A stretch of 64,000 bases of DNA from an uncultured Nitrospirales bacterium (GTDB lineage: Bacteria > Hydrogenedentota > Hydrogenedentia > Hydrogenedentales > JAGMZX01): positions 20,559-84,558 of the forward strand of contig CAZMVU010000001.1 of assembly GCA_964569295.1 (NCBI GenBank), written 5' to 3'. Below, one piece after another: positions 42,884 through 52,096 of this stretch (position 1 is the first letter of the stretch; every line of letters begins with the position of its first letter). Under the pieces are notes generated by a model that saw nothing but the letters and a program-made list of their open reading frames with translations, was not told the DNA's origin and searched no databases. A program made the translations under genes and the position numbers.

Positions 42884-44503
42884 GTGAGCCACAATCAAAC
42901 GCCAAAACGGCTCGGACGCTATGAAATCGTTCGCGAACTTGGCAAAGGCGCCATGGGGATCGTGTACGAAGGACGCGACCCGAACATCAACCGGCGCGTC
43001 GCCATAAAAACCGCGCGCCGTGATGTTATGGACGCTTCCACCAATGCCGACGAAATGCTGGAGCGGTTCTTGCGCGAGGCGCGCGCTGCCGGCGGTCTCA
43101 GCCACCCAAACATCATTACCATCTACGACGCGGACGAGGAAGACGGGATTGCCTATATCGCGATGGAATACCTGGAAGGCGGTGATCTGCGCGATCTGAT
43201 CGAGCAGCGCTACAAGATCGCCCCCCAAGAGACAGTCGAGATGGGTGCCAAAATCTGCGAAGCCCTCGCCTGCGCCCATGAACACGGCATTGTGCATCGC
43301 GACATCAAGCCGGCCAATATCCTCCTGCCGTCGAATGCACCTTTGAAAGTGGCGGATTTCGGCATCGCCCATGTTCAGGATTCGACCCTCACACAAGACG
43401 GTGCGCTCATCGGCACGCCCTTTTACATGAGCCCGGAGCAGTTCATGGGCCAGCAGGTCGACGGACGCTCGGACCTTTTCAGTGTCGCCATTATTCTCTA
43501 TGAACTGCTCAGTGGCGAGAAGCCCTTCACGGGCGAGGCCATCAGCACGGTCATGCAGCATGTCATCCGCACGGAACCCGTGCCGCTGGACGAACTCAAT
43601 TTCCTCGTGCCGCGCCCGCTCAGCCAGGTTATCATGAAAGCGTTGTCCAAACGGCCGGACGAGCGCTACCAGGATGGGCACGCCTTGGCCGCCGCCCTGC
43701 ACGAGAGCATGAAGCCGAAACCGGACCCGGCTATTCTCGCCGTGGCGCCATCCGATGATGTCGAGGAAGCAGCAGGCACGCCGAAATCCACCGCCGCCAC
43801 GGTTATCACCGGCGACAGTGCCGCCTTAGCCGAGGAAACCGCCCAGACCCCCGGCCCGGGTGCGGCTGCAACGCCCCACGGCGATGCCCCTACCATAGCT
43901 GCGCAGCGTCCGGCGCACGGCACCCAAGCCAACGCGCGGCGCATGGGCGAGGCCACCGTCCCCGGCGGTCCCCCCGCCGGCGCTGAAACAACCGCCCGCC
44001 CTATCCCCACCGTGCGCAGCAAGCTGATCCCCATCTTCGCTGGGAGCGCGGCCGTGGCATTTATCGTCGTGGCCGCCGTGATCGCCGGGGCCTTGTTCGG
44101 CGAGAAGACGCCCCCGGCAAACGGCGGGACATCGAACGAGCCGGCCGCCCCGCTGCCGGATAAGTGGATAGACACCATCGCCGTTCAGGTATATACCACA
44201 GCCGATGCCACGAGCTTGTTGAACTACAATTACAAGAAGAGCGAGCTGCCCGAAGACAGCACACGTGTTCCCGGCCACCTGACCATCAAGGATGGGGATG
44301 ACAACGTGATCGCCGAAAAAGACTTCGACGAAGGCGGGGCCTTCATCGACCTGCCTGGACATCCGGAAAAAATAACCATGAGTTGGTACGGCAAGCTCGA
44401 AGACGGCACGCACACCCCATCGGCCACCAGCACCTGGTATCCCGGCGAGCCCGCTGAAAAGATAGGCATGGAAGATACCGCCCTCCTCACCTTGCGGCCC
44501 TAG
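42884..44503 (+). CDS. Hanks-type serine/threonine protein kinase with TM segment and extracytoplasmic C-terminal domain
   Basis: GTG start. Motifs GKGAMGIVYEG, VAIK, HRDIKPANILL, DFG, SPEQ. TM helix LIPIFAGSAAVAFIVVAAVIAGALFG, then ~140 aa unknown outside domain. Confidence 0.85.
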   Translation: MSHNQTPKRLGRYEIVRELGKGAMGIVYEGRDPNINRRVAIKTARRDVMDASTNADEMLERFLREARAAGGLSHPNIITIYDADEEDGIAYIAMEYLEGGDLRDLIEQRYKIAPQETVEMGAKICEALACAHEHGIVHRDIKPANILLPSNAPLKVADFGIAHVQDSTLTQDGALIGTPFYMSPEQFMGQQVDGRSDLFSVAIILYELLSGEKPFTGEAISTVMQHVIRTEPVPLDELNFLVPRPLSQVIMKALSKRPDERYQDGHALAAALHESMKPKPDPAILAVAPSDDVEEAAGTPKSTAATVITGDSAALAEETAQTPGPGAAATPHGDAPTIAAQRPAHGTQANARRMGEATVPGGPPAGAETTARPIPTVRSKLIPIFAGSAAVAFIVVAAVIAGALFGEKTPPANGGTSNEPAAPLPDKWIDTIAVQVYTTADATSLLNYNYKKSELPEDSTRVPGHLTIKDGDDNVIAEKDFDEGGAFIDLPGHPEKITMSWYGKLEDGTHTPSATSTWYPGEPAEKIGMEDTALLTLRP

Positions 44504-44788
44504 CGGCAGTGGCAGCCAAGTTACACGTGTACATTTATCGGCCCTCTCACGGCCGTCAAGGTTGTTGAGCGTGTCGCTGCAGCGGCGTCTCGTGACCAAC
44601 TTTTTCATGGAGGCGGCACGCCGAATCTCTCCTCAACGTACTGCGCGCCGACTTCTCCGTGCGCCGGCAGACATGGGCAGTATTTCGCACATAGCGTGGC
44701 ATTACGTGGTAAGATATAGGAGAAGTGAGTAAAACGGTTTGCGCAATGGTGCGCACGAGAAACGATGGCGTGGGGAGATTACGTAACC

Positions 44789-46660
44789 ATGCGTGCTCTG
44801 AACTGGATTGTAATAACGATGCTGCTCGTGGCTGCGGCGCCACTGGGCACAGCGCAGTTTTCGAAAGGCGAACCGGCACCGTGTATCGAGGCGGCGGACA
44901 TCAATGAGGACGCTGTGGATTCGTGCGAGAACATGGCGCGCAAGCAGCCCTACCTCGCCATGTACTTCTTCTTTGAGCCGCAGTCGGGGCAGGACATTGC
45001 CCTAAAGCTGCGTCTGCTCGATCTGCGGTACGGCAAGGACAAGATGGACATTATCGCGCTGGGCTTCGAGGAGGACGCCGAGCAACTAAAGGCGTTCGCG
45101 CGTCAGCTCGACTTGCGCTACCACATCATCTCGCGCGATGCGGTCGAGGCGGCGTGGGTACAGGAGATTACGACGCTCCCCCTCGTGCTCTTTGTTCGTC
45201 CCGATGAAAAACCGGTTATCGAGGAGGTGTTGCGCGGCGGTGGTGAAACGAGCGCCATGCTCCTCAAGGAAGTCGCGGAGAACCTGTACCAGAAGCGCAA
45301 GACGGAAGCGCTCGAAGTGGCGGATGTGGCGCTCTCGGAGGGCGAGCCGGAAAAGGCTGTCCGCGAGTTGAAGGGCTATATCCTTGTGGCGGAAGGGAAG
45401 CTCGAGGACGCAGTGGGCGAATTCACCACGCTCGATGATCCAGCCGGGCTTGCCAAGGTGGCCATCGAACGCGGGGAATACGAGGAGGCCGTCTCCCTGG
45501 CGGACGCGGCGCCGGAAAACCCCCATGCGAAGACCCTCAAGGGCCAGGCCCTCATGAATCAGGGCAAGGTTGATGAGGCGGCCACGGTGGTTGAAGAGGC
45601 CGCCGCATACGCCGACAACGCCGACTGGAAACAGTCGGAGGCCGCCAATGCCAACGGGCGCATCGCCCAGGAAAAGGGCGACGACACCAAGGCAATGGCC
45701 GAGTATGAACGGGCCGTCGAGCTCGACCCGTACAATGTGGTAGCGCTAAGCAACGAGAGCGTTGTGTTGGCCAACCAAGGCAAGACGGAAGAGGCGAAGG
45801 CCAAGCTCGAGCAGGCCGCTTCCCGCCGTGATGATGAATTGGTGCGCATGCTCTTGGCCGAGCTTCGGGCCCGCGATGACTCCGCGCGGCTGGCGCGCAT
45901 CCAGGAGCAGATTCGCGATCTTGCCGCATGGGCCGAGAAAGCCAAGGACGAGCCGCGGGACGACTGGACCACACGCCCCATGGTGGTTTCCTTTCTCGCG
46001 GGTAATCGCGGTCCCGCGGTCTTCTTTCCCCGCGCCGGCACCGACTCCGCTGTGCGCCATGCCATCGCCGCGGCTGTCCGCGAACGATCGAACGTCACCG
46101 TGGTCGACCGCGAGAACCTCGACCTGATTCTCCAGGAACAGCAACTGAGTGCCCTCGCCGATCCGGAAACAGCCATCCAGCCCGGCAAATTCAAGGTGGC
46201 GCGGTACCTCTCGTTCGTGGATTTTGACAGCCTCACCAGCGATCCGTTCGTGTTTGTGCGCGTTACCGACACCGAGACTGGCGAGGTCGTGCTGCACCAC
46301 GAAGAGGGCCTTCCCCCGGGCAAGGTCGAGAAGCCGGTGCGTGGGATTGTCGAGAAACTGCTGGATTTCTGTGAGCAACAGGAGATTCGCGGGCTTGTGG
46401 CTGCGGTGCTCGAGGAGGACCAGGTACTCCTGAACCTTACCAAGGCGCACGGCGTGAGCGAGGGCATGGAGTTTGCGGTCGTCGAAGAAGGGGAACCCAT
46501 CACCGCGGGCGGCCGTGTTATCGCCTATCGCCAACGGCCGATCGCCAAGGTCGCCGTGACCGGCTTCGATGAAGAAACCGGACTTGCGGTGGCGGGTATA
46601 GAAGAGAGCCGGGGTGATGTCGTGGTACAAAAGGAAATGAAGCTTCGGTCGGGAGGATAA
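44789..46660 (+). CDS. Secreted protein: degenerate thioredoxin-like N-domain + TPR-like region + C-terminal CsgG/LpoB-like domain
   Basis: Signal peptide MRALNWIVITMLLVAAAPLGTAQ. N-domain has a redoxin-like fold signature but no CxxC. C-terminal region NVTVVDRENLDLILQEQQLSALADPETAIQPGKFKVARYLSFVDF matches the CsgG/LpoB-family motif (VVERxNLDxLLQEQxL...DPxTAxxxGK). Confidence 0.55.
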   Translation: MRALNWIVITMLLVAAAPLGTAQFSKGEPAPCIEAADINEDAVDSCENMARKQPYLAMYFFFEPQSGQDIALKLRLLDLRYGKDKMDIIALGFEEDAEQLKAFARQLDLRYHIISRDAVEAAWVQEITTLPLVLFVRPDEKPVIEEVLRGGGETSAMLLKEVAENLYQKRKTEALEVADVALSEGEPEKAVRELKGYILVAEGKLEDAVGEFTTLDDPAGLAKVAIERGEYEEAVSLADAAPENPHAKTLKGQALMNQGKVDEAATVVEEAAAYADNADWKQSEAANANGRIAQEKGDDTKAMAEYERAVELDPYNVVALSNESVVLANQGKTEEAKAKLEQAASRRDDELVRMLLAELRARDDSARLARIQEQIRDLAAWAEKAKDEPRDDWTTRPMVVSFLAGNRGPAVFFPRAGTDSAVRHAIAAAVRERSNVTVVDRENLDLILQEQQLSALADPETAIQPGKFKVARYLSFVDFDSLTSDPFVFVRVTDTETGEVVLHHEEGLPPGKVEKPVRGIVEKLLDFCEQQEIRGLVAAVLEEDQVLLNLTKAHGVSEGMEFAVVEEGEPITAGGRVIAYRQRPIAKVAVTGFDEETGLAVAGIEESRGDVVVQKEMKLRSGG

Positions 46661-46704
46661 GCCGTGAACGCAGCGGATTTCCGCACGCGACCGGGAGGTC
46701 TTTC

Positions 46705-47382
46705 ATGCAGCATAACACCCGCTACATCGTGTGGGCGGCAATCGCCCTACTGGCCACGACCGGCGCCTGGGCCCACAAGCCCCTCGTCATAAATGGCGGG
46801 CCCACCGATATAGACACGGCCATTGTGGTCGATGACGTGGATGTGTCGCAGGTGGCCTACCACCGCATCGCCGAATCGCAGCCTGAACTCTGGCTCACAT
46901 TCGAGGCGGCGGCGGGCGACCTGCTCAAGCTACAGATGGGCGTGCCCGAGATAACGCGCCTCGCGGAGTACCGCCCCGCCATGGCGCTGGTGGGGCCCGG
47001 GCTGCCCGCGGCCGATGTGCCTTTCGACATTCCCGAGGACTATGGCGCGCTGGTTTTCCCGGCCACCGCTGAGGCCCCCGTACTCTTCGACGAGGAATTC
47101 ACCGGGACCACCTCGTGGCAGTGGCCCATGCAGGAAGTGACTGCCGAAACTGCCGGCCGCTACTACCTCGTCGCCTACCACCCCAACGCTGCGCCGGGAA
47201 AACTGTGGGTCGCTGTGGGCGAGGCGGAGCAGTTCGGGATTATGGACATCGTCACCCTGCCCCGGACGGTGGTGAAAGTCCGCCAGTTCCATGAAATCTT
47301 CCCGTGGGGCGGTATTCTGGGCTGGGGATTCCTCGCGCTTCTCGTGGTGCTGCTGGGGTTGGTGCTCGTGCCCTTCTTGTGA
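46705..47382 (+). CDS. Hypothetical secreted protein with C-terminal TM anchor
   Basis: Signal peptide MQHNTRYIVWAAIALLATTGAWA. C-terminal hydrophobic helix GWGFLALLVVLLGLVLVPFL. RBS GGGAGG upstream. No family recognised. Confidence 0.45.
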   Translation: MQHNTRYIVWAAIALLATTGAWAHKPLVINGGPTDIDTAIVVDDVDVSQVAYHRIAESQPELWLTFEAAAGDLLKLQMGVPEITRLAEYRPAMALVGPGLPAADVPFDIPEDYGALVFPATAEAPVLFDEEFTGTTSWQWPMQEVTAETAGRYYLVAYHPNAAPGKLWVAVGEAEQFGIMDIVTLPRTVVKVRQFHEIFPWGGILGWGFLALLVVLLGLVLVPFL

Positions 47383-47455
47383 ATGCACCGGCACCACACC
47401 CACCCAACGAGGCAGACGCGCTACGAATGCGAACCAATGTGAACGCATATGGCCC

Positions 47456-48613
47456 TTATTCCGTGCCCGCTCCCTCAGCCGGTGCATCCGGGTGCGGCGC
47501 CCCTTGCGCAATCCAGGCACGCAGCAGATCGACGGTTTCCTCGTCGAGCGGATCTTTTCTGTAGGGCATTTGCGGCTGCCGATCACCTTGGACGTACTGA
47601 ATAATCGCACTGCCGCCGGGATTGCCCGGCACTACAGGCGCTCCCGCCTTATCCCCGCCCGTGCGGAGTTGGGCGTAGTCCGTCAGGTCTAGCGAAGACT
47701 TGGGATCAGGCGACTCATGGCACCCATAGCAATTCTCGGCGAGCACTGGCTGGATGTCCTCTTCGAAGGAAACCTGGTTCGCTGCTTCCGCGTCCTCAGC
47801 CGCGTCGGCAGGCGTTTGCTCCGTGTTGGCAGGCCCTTCAGGCTCCGCTTCCGCTTCATCCGTGTCCGGCTCGGCGGGCGTTGTTTCTTCCTCATCCGTG
47901 CTTTCAATCGGGGCCGCCTCTTCCACATCGGGCATATCGTCTTCTTCAGCCGTACTTTCGGCGGGGGCAGCCGGTTCCGGTTCCGCAGCTTCCTCCGTCT
48001 CAGCGGGAGGGGCTTGCGGGAGCGCGCCGACCGTGTCTTGTCCTTCCGGCAACTCGCTATCGGCGTCTTCGGCGGGTGTGGTCCCGGCGTCTTGCGCTTG
48101 CATGACGGGCGCCGTGCCGACGCCGTGGAGGTAGACAAGGACGCCGCCACGGTGGGCCGTGAGCCCGGCGATACCCGCCGTAGCCGCACTTGATAGCAGG
48201 GCGAGGAGTACCATTACGAAACGCACCTTGCTCATGCCGCTTACGGGCTGGCCTTTTTCGCGCTGCGCAGGAATCGGCAATACCCGGCCCACAAGCAGCA
48301 ACAGGGCCGTTACGAGCGCAGCGATCCACACCGCCTCCCCCAGATCTTGGTGCGCCTCGATATCATCCCAAACTTCTGCCGCCATCGTGCTTGGCACCGC
48401 ATTCATGGCGTCTTCACCGCTTTTCATGGCGAAATATGCGCAACCCGCGGCAAGCGCATAGACCACCACCGCCCACACCGCGAAATTACGGCGCCGCGGC
48501 AGAATGAGTGCCAGCAGCACCAACGGCACGCCCAGCAAACACAGCACAATGGGCGCATGTACTACCATGGCATGGCGGGTAGCGGGGTTCGCGAGGAATT
48601 CGACGATACTCAT
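47456..48613 (-). CDS. Membrane protein with C-terminal Planctomycete-type cytochrome c (PSCyt1-like, CxxCH) domain and acidic low-complexity linker
   Basis: ATG at 48613 (MSIVEFLANPATRH). ~4 TM helices. ~100 aa Glu/Asp/Pro/Ala-rich linker. C-terminal CYGCHESPDPKSSLDLTDY...PQMPYRKDPL heme-binding domain. Confidence 0.65.
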   Translation of the reverse strand: MSIVEFLANPATRHAMVVHAPIVLCLLGVPLVLLALILPRRRNFAVWAVVVYALAAGCAYFAMKSGEDAMNAVPSTMAAEVWDDIEAHQDLGEAVWIAALVTALLLLVGRVLPIPAQREKGQPVSGMSKVRFVMVLLALLSSAATAGIAGLTAHRGGVLVYLHGVGTAPVMQAQDAGTTPAEDADSELPEGQDTVGALPQAPPAETEEAAEPEPAAPAESTAEEDDMPDVEEAAPIESTDEEETTPAEPDTDEAEAEPEGPANTEQTPADAAEDAEAANQVSFEEDIQPVLAENCYGCHESPDPKSSLDLTDYAQLRTGGDKAGAPVVPGNPGGSAIIQYVQGDRQPQMPYRKDPLDEETVDLLRAWIAQGAPHPDAPAEGAGTE

Positions 48614-48817
48614 GAGCCGTTTCTCCTTCACGCGCGGCGATTCTGTCCGTTGTCTGTCTGCGCGTCCCTCTCGTATAACACCCGCAGAGGGCAAAAGGCA
48701 AAGGCAAGCATGCCAATATGATGGCGTGCGATGTACCATTCGCGCCGCGGGCAGCCCGCACCCCCATTGTTTCTCGAGTACATCCCGCCTATACTACCGG
48801 CGTTATTCGTTACGGGG

Positions 48818-49783
48818 ATGTTCATGCGCGTACAACCACTCACCACAATACCGGCGAATTTCGGGCTTTTCGAGGCAGAGATAGCTGCGGGCCTGGTACG
48901 TCTGTATGGTGAGGAGGCCGGCCGCCAATATAGCGCGAACGCCCGATCCCGTTTTCAGGCGACCATCGCGCACCCGTCCGTGCGTGCCTGGGCCGCCCGG
49001 GAAGGAACCGAGGTGGCGGGCTACCTGTTTACCGTGGAACGCGACAACGCCGCGCAAGTTCCATTCATACACGTGCTCAAGCCGTATGTGGGACGGCATG
49101 TCGAGGCCGGCCTGGTGCGTGCCGCGCTCGAACATGCCTGGGACAAAGACGTTTCCCACATCCTGTGTGAGGTGGTGGCGTTCTGTCCGTTGGATCTTGG
49201 TCCCGCGATGACGCCGCTCGGATTCGATCACATTTCCCGCGAACTCATGATCGCGCCGATGGATGCGCTGCTGCAACAGGCCGGTCAGTCCCCGGCCGAC
49301 ACGCGGGAACCCACGCCCTATTCCCCAAGGCATTGGGACGCAATAGCCCAATGTCTGCTTGATGCCTATGCCGGAGAACCCGGGAGCCGTTTGCACATCG
49401 AGGTGACCGATAGCCGGCGGGCCTTGGGCTTTGTCGAACGCGTGGCGCTCGGGAGCTTCGGGAATGTATTGTCGCAGTACCAGTTGGCCCTCTGGCAGAA
49501 AGACCGCTGCGAAGGCGCCGTGCTCGGCTGTGAAGTAGCGCCGAATACAGGCTTCGTGTTGCAGGTGGTCACCGCCCCTGAGGCGCGCGGCAAGGGTATC
49601 GCCACGCGGCTGTTGCGTGCATTGGCCGCCTCTTTTGCAGAGCAGGGGCTTACGCAGGTGGCACTGGGTGTTACACGGTCCAACCCCGCCCGCCGCCTGT
49701 ATGAGCAACTCGGATTCCGTCACGCCCAGCCGGTGGATGCCTATATCTGGTGGCGGCCGGGGCACGACCCGCTGAGGCGGTAG
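48818..49783 (+). CDS. GNAT-family N-acetyltransferase (two GNAT-like halves)
   Basis: Acetyl-CoA binding motif RGKGIATRLLRAL and C-terminal LYEQLGF. N-terminal half also GNAT-like. Start at Met 48818/48824. Confidence 0.6.
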   Translation: MFMRVQPLTTIPANFGLFEAEIAAGLVRLYGEEAGRQYSANARSRFQATIAHPSVRAWAAREGTEVAGYLFTVERDNAAQVPFIHVLKPYVGRHVEAGLVRAALEHAWDKDVSHILCEVVAFCPLDLGPAMTPLGFDHISRELMIAPMDALLQQAGQSPADTREPTPYSPRHWDAIAQCLLDAYAGEPGSRLHIEVTDSRRALGFVERVALGSFGNVLSQYQLALWQKDRCEGAVLGCEVAPNTGFVLQVVTAPEARGKGIATRLLRALAASFAEQGLTQVALGVTRSNPARRLYEQLGFRHAQPVDAYIWWRPGHDPLRR

Positions 49784-49852
49784 TTAATGTACGCTTTGCC
49801 CACAACCCAAGGATGGCAACGTGTGTTCCGTGGTTGGTGGTACGGAGCGACT

Positions 49853-49874
49853 TGTGATTAGCAAAGACGCCCGG
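49853..49874. terminator. Candidate bidirectional terminator hairpin between convergent GNAT and redoxin genes
   Basis: cgcccggg-gtggaa-cccgggcg: perfect 8-bp GC stem. Minus-strand reading is followed by tcTTTgcUaaUc. Weak U-tract, so low confidence. Confidence 0.3.
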
Positions 49875-50127
49875 GGTGGAACCCGGGCGCTACCTGTTTC
49901 CGGATCGCCGAAGGCGCGGTTCCCCCCGAGGGCACGCGTCCCCGCGAGCCGAAACACGACCCCAGCCCCCAGGCGCCGGTTGGGGTCAACCGCCATCTAC
50001 GCGCCGCGAATAGGGGGGTGAAACTTCTTGGTTTTTGGTGCACAAGCTGTCGTGTATGGCACTACCCGGCAGTTCCCCCCCTTGAACCGGAAGCGTCCGG
50101 ATAACCGCGCCCCCATAGCAAGCGGGG

Positions 50128-50916
50128 CTAATCCTTCTTCAGATCCCCGAGTGCCCCCACGATTTCCGCGGGCTCCGCACGCTTTTTGTAGTCGGCCTCG
50201 ATAAAGGCATAGCGGATGGTCCGGTCGCTGTCCACCACATAGGTCACGGCCAGCGGCAACTCGTTCTTGTTGTTGCCGTTGAACTTTTCCAGGTCGACGC
50301 TTCCTTTGAACGCCTGCGCCACCGGATCCGGCAGGGTATATACGATTCCGTACTTCCGTGCCACCCGGTTATCCTCATCGCTCAGGATGGGAAACTCGAA
50401 GGCGCCTTCTTCACCGGTTTTCTCTGCGTTCGGCAGGGTTTCCGGACTGATGGCGAGGAGCGAACCGCCTGCCTCCTGGATACGCGGCAGGGCATCATCG
50501 AGCGCTTGGAGCGCGATGTTACAATATGGGCACCAGCCGCCGCGATACCACACCAACACCACCGGCCCCGCCTCGAGCGCTTCATGAAGCGTCACCGTGT
50601 CGCCGTTGTCGGCGGGCAAGGTGAAGTCCGGCGCGCGGTCGCCCTCTTTCAGCGCCGAGTCGATCACACCGCTCTGCGCCACCTGGTCTATGCCTTGCGC
50701 GAAGGTGGCCCTCATTTCAGGCGGCGCCTGCTGGGTAAAGGCTTCCCGCTGCTCATCGAGTTTGTCTTGCAAGGAGGGCAACTCCTTGGTGGAGTCGGCG
50801 CGCTCTTGTGCTTGGGCTCCCGCGGCTGCGGCACTGGTAGTCAGAACGGCCAGCATCATGGCGAGCGCACCGATAACGCTCTGGTTCGGCCGGCAATGGC
50901 GGTATTTCGATAGCAT
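50128..50916 (-). CDS. Secreted thioredoxin-fold redoxin (AhpC/TSA-TlpA-like thiol-disulfide oxidoreductase, CPYC)
   Basis: Signal peptide MLSKYRHCRPNQSVIGALAMMLAVLTTSAAAAGA. FTLPADNGDTVTLHE...VVLVWYRGGWCPYC active-site region. Confidence 0.75.
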   Translation of the reverse strand: MLSKYRHCRPNQSVIGALAMMLAVLTTSAAAAGAQAQERADSTKELPSLQDKLDEQREAFTQQAPPEMRATFAQGIDQVAQSGVIDSALKEGDRAPDFTLPADNGDTVTLHEALEAGPVVLVWYRGGWCPYCNIALQALDDALPRIQEAGGSLLAISPETLPNAEKTGEEGAFEFPILSDEDNRVARKYGIVYTLPDPVAQAFKGSVDLEKFNGNNKNELPLAVTYVVDSDRTIRYAFIEADYKKRAEPAEIVGALGDLKKD

Positions 50917-51032
50917 GGCGTACCTTCTGTCTTTGGGGCTCGGGGTTGCGTTTTCTCGTCCATATCACGCATAACGTGTTGTGTTGCACTTACGACGTGA
51001 AAAACACACGGCCACCGAAAGAAATTTCACCT

Positions 51033-51992
51033 ATGGTCCGCCTGCCCGCACCGCGCATAACGTTTCTCACCGGCGTGCTGCTTGCACTGGCCGCTGTGGC
51101 GGCTGCCGTGCTTACCTGGCTCGCGTTGCGTCCGGAGGCCGTACCGCTGGCGCATGCTCCCTATGTGTCGCACCGCACGGCCATGAAGGCGGTGTTTTGC
51201 CCTGCCCACGTCCAAGGCTATGTATCGCGCCAGGCGCCCGGATTCCTCAAAGCGGTGCCGGGCATTCCCAAACTCAGCTCGACCCAACCCATCTCCGGGC
51301 GTGTGGACTGGGTGCACTACCTGCCGCTGGAACTCACCCTTCTTTTCGAGGCGCGCACCCCCGGGAGACTTGATGTGGCTTTCCTCATCCAAGAGCACGA
51401 AGACGGCCCGAGCTATGCGCGCCTGCTCAACAACTCGCCGTTCTTTCGCTACTTGCGCCCCATCCGGTTCGAGGGCGCACTGCGCCCCCAGCGTGAAAAT
51501 GTACTGCTCGCCGGTGGAAGCGTGTCTGTCGTGGACTACCCGGGCGGTTCCCCCGCCCCCACGCGCCGGCTGGACAAGGCTACCGGCACGCACTTCTTCG
51601 AGTTGCTCGTGGACAATGCCGACGGCACAGCGGACGAATTTCATGCAGCACTCGCGGCGGCCCATCCGCAGGCGCGTGGCGTGCAGGCTTTCGATGCGCT
51701 CCATGACTTCTGGCCTGCCGTGGACCGGTTGCGCTTCACAGCCGATCTGGTGGCCGATGACCGGTTTGAGATGCACATCGAGGCCGGCTGGCGCCCGGAA
51801 ACGGAGGCCGGCGTGCGGGCGCAAGCCCTGGATGCACTCGATGCGGCGGGGGTGGCGGTAGCAGCCCACTTGGCCAACGCCCATGGATTCCGCCTCACCC
51901 ACACCATTGAGCCGGCGGCCGACGGCGTCACCGGCGCCGGCGCCCTCACCGGTTTCGAGTCGTTGCTGCGGCGTGCACTCGGCCACGACTGA
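51033..51992 (+). CDS. Hypothetical membrane-anchored protein, paralog 1 of a three-gene family
   Basis: ATG at 51033 gives TM anchor ITFLTGVLLALAAVAAAVLTWLAL. Shares motifs with downstream paralogs (THFFELLVDNADGTADEF vs GDHLLEVAIDNRSGDLF / GGHLLEVLLDNRQGELL). Confidence 0.45.
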   Translation: MVRLPAPRITFLTGVLLALAAVAAAVLTWLALRPEAVPLAHAPYVSHRTAMKAVFCPAHVQGYVSRQAPGFLKAVPGIPKLSSTQPISGRVDWVHYLPLELTLLFEARTPGRLDVAFLIQEHEDGPSYARLLNNSPFFRYLRPIRFEGALRPQRENVLLAGGSVSVVDYPGGSPAPTRRLDKATGTHFFELLVDNADGTADEFHAALAAAHPQARGVQAFDALHDFWPAVDRLRFTADLVADDRFEMHIEAGWRPETEAGVRAQALDALDAAGVAVAAHLANAHGFRLTHTIEPAADGVTGAGALTGFESLLRRALGHD

Positions 51993-52096
51993 TTTGCACC
52001 GCGCACGCACCGTTGACACACCCCGCCCATGGCTTTAAGATAAGCGCCACGCTTTTCCGTAAACCTAAGGCATCGAACCCATAAGGAGTGTTTCTC

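Noticed and set aside
41678-43702. 674-aa ORF on minus strand
   Set aside because: Antisense to the protease-TPR and Ser/Thr kinase genes, both of which have clear catalytic motifs.
49821-49920. Possible tRNA-like structure around the cgcccggg hairpin
   Set aside because: The stem is 8 bp with a 6-nt loop (TTCCAC on the minus strand), not a 5-bp/7-nt T-arm. No matching acceptor stem or anticodon arm could be built. Kept only as a candidate terminator.
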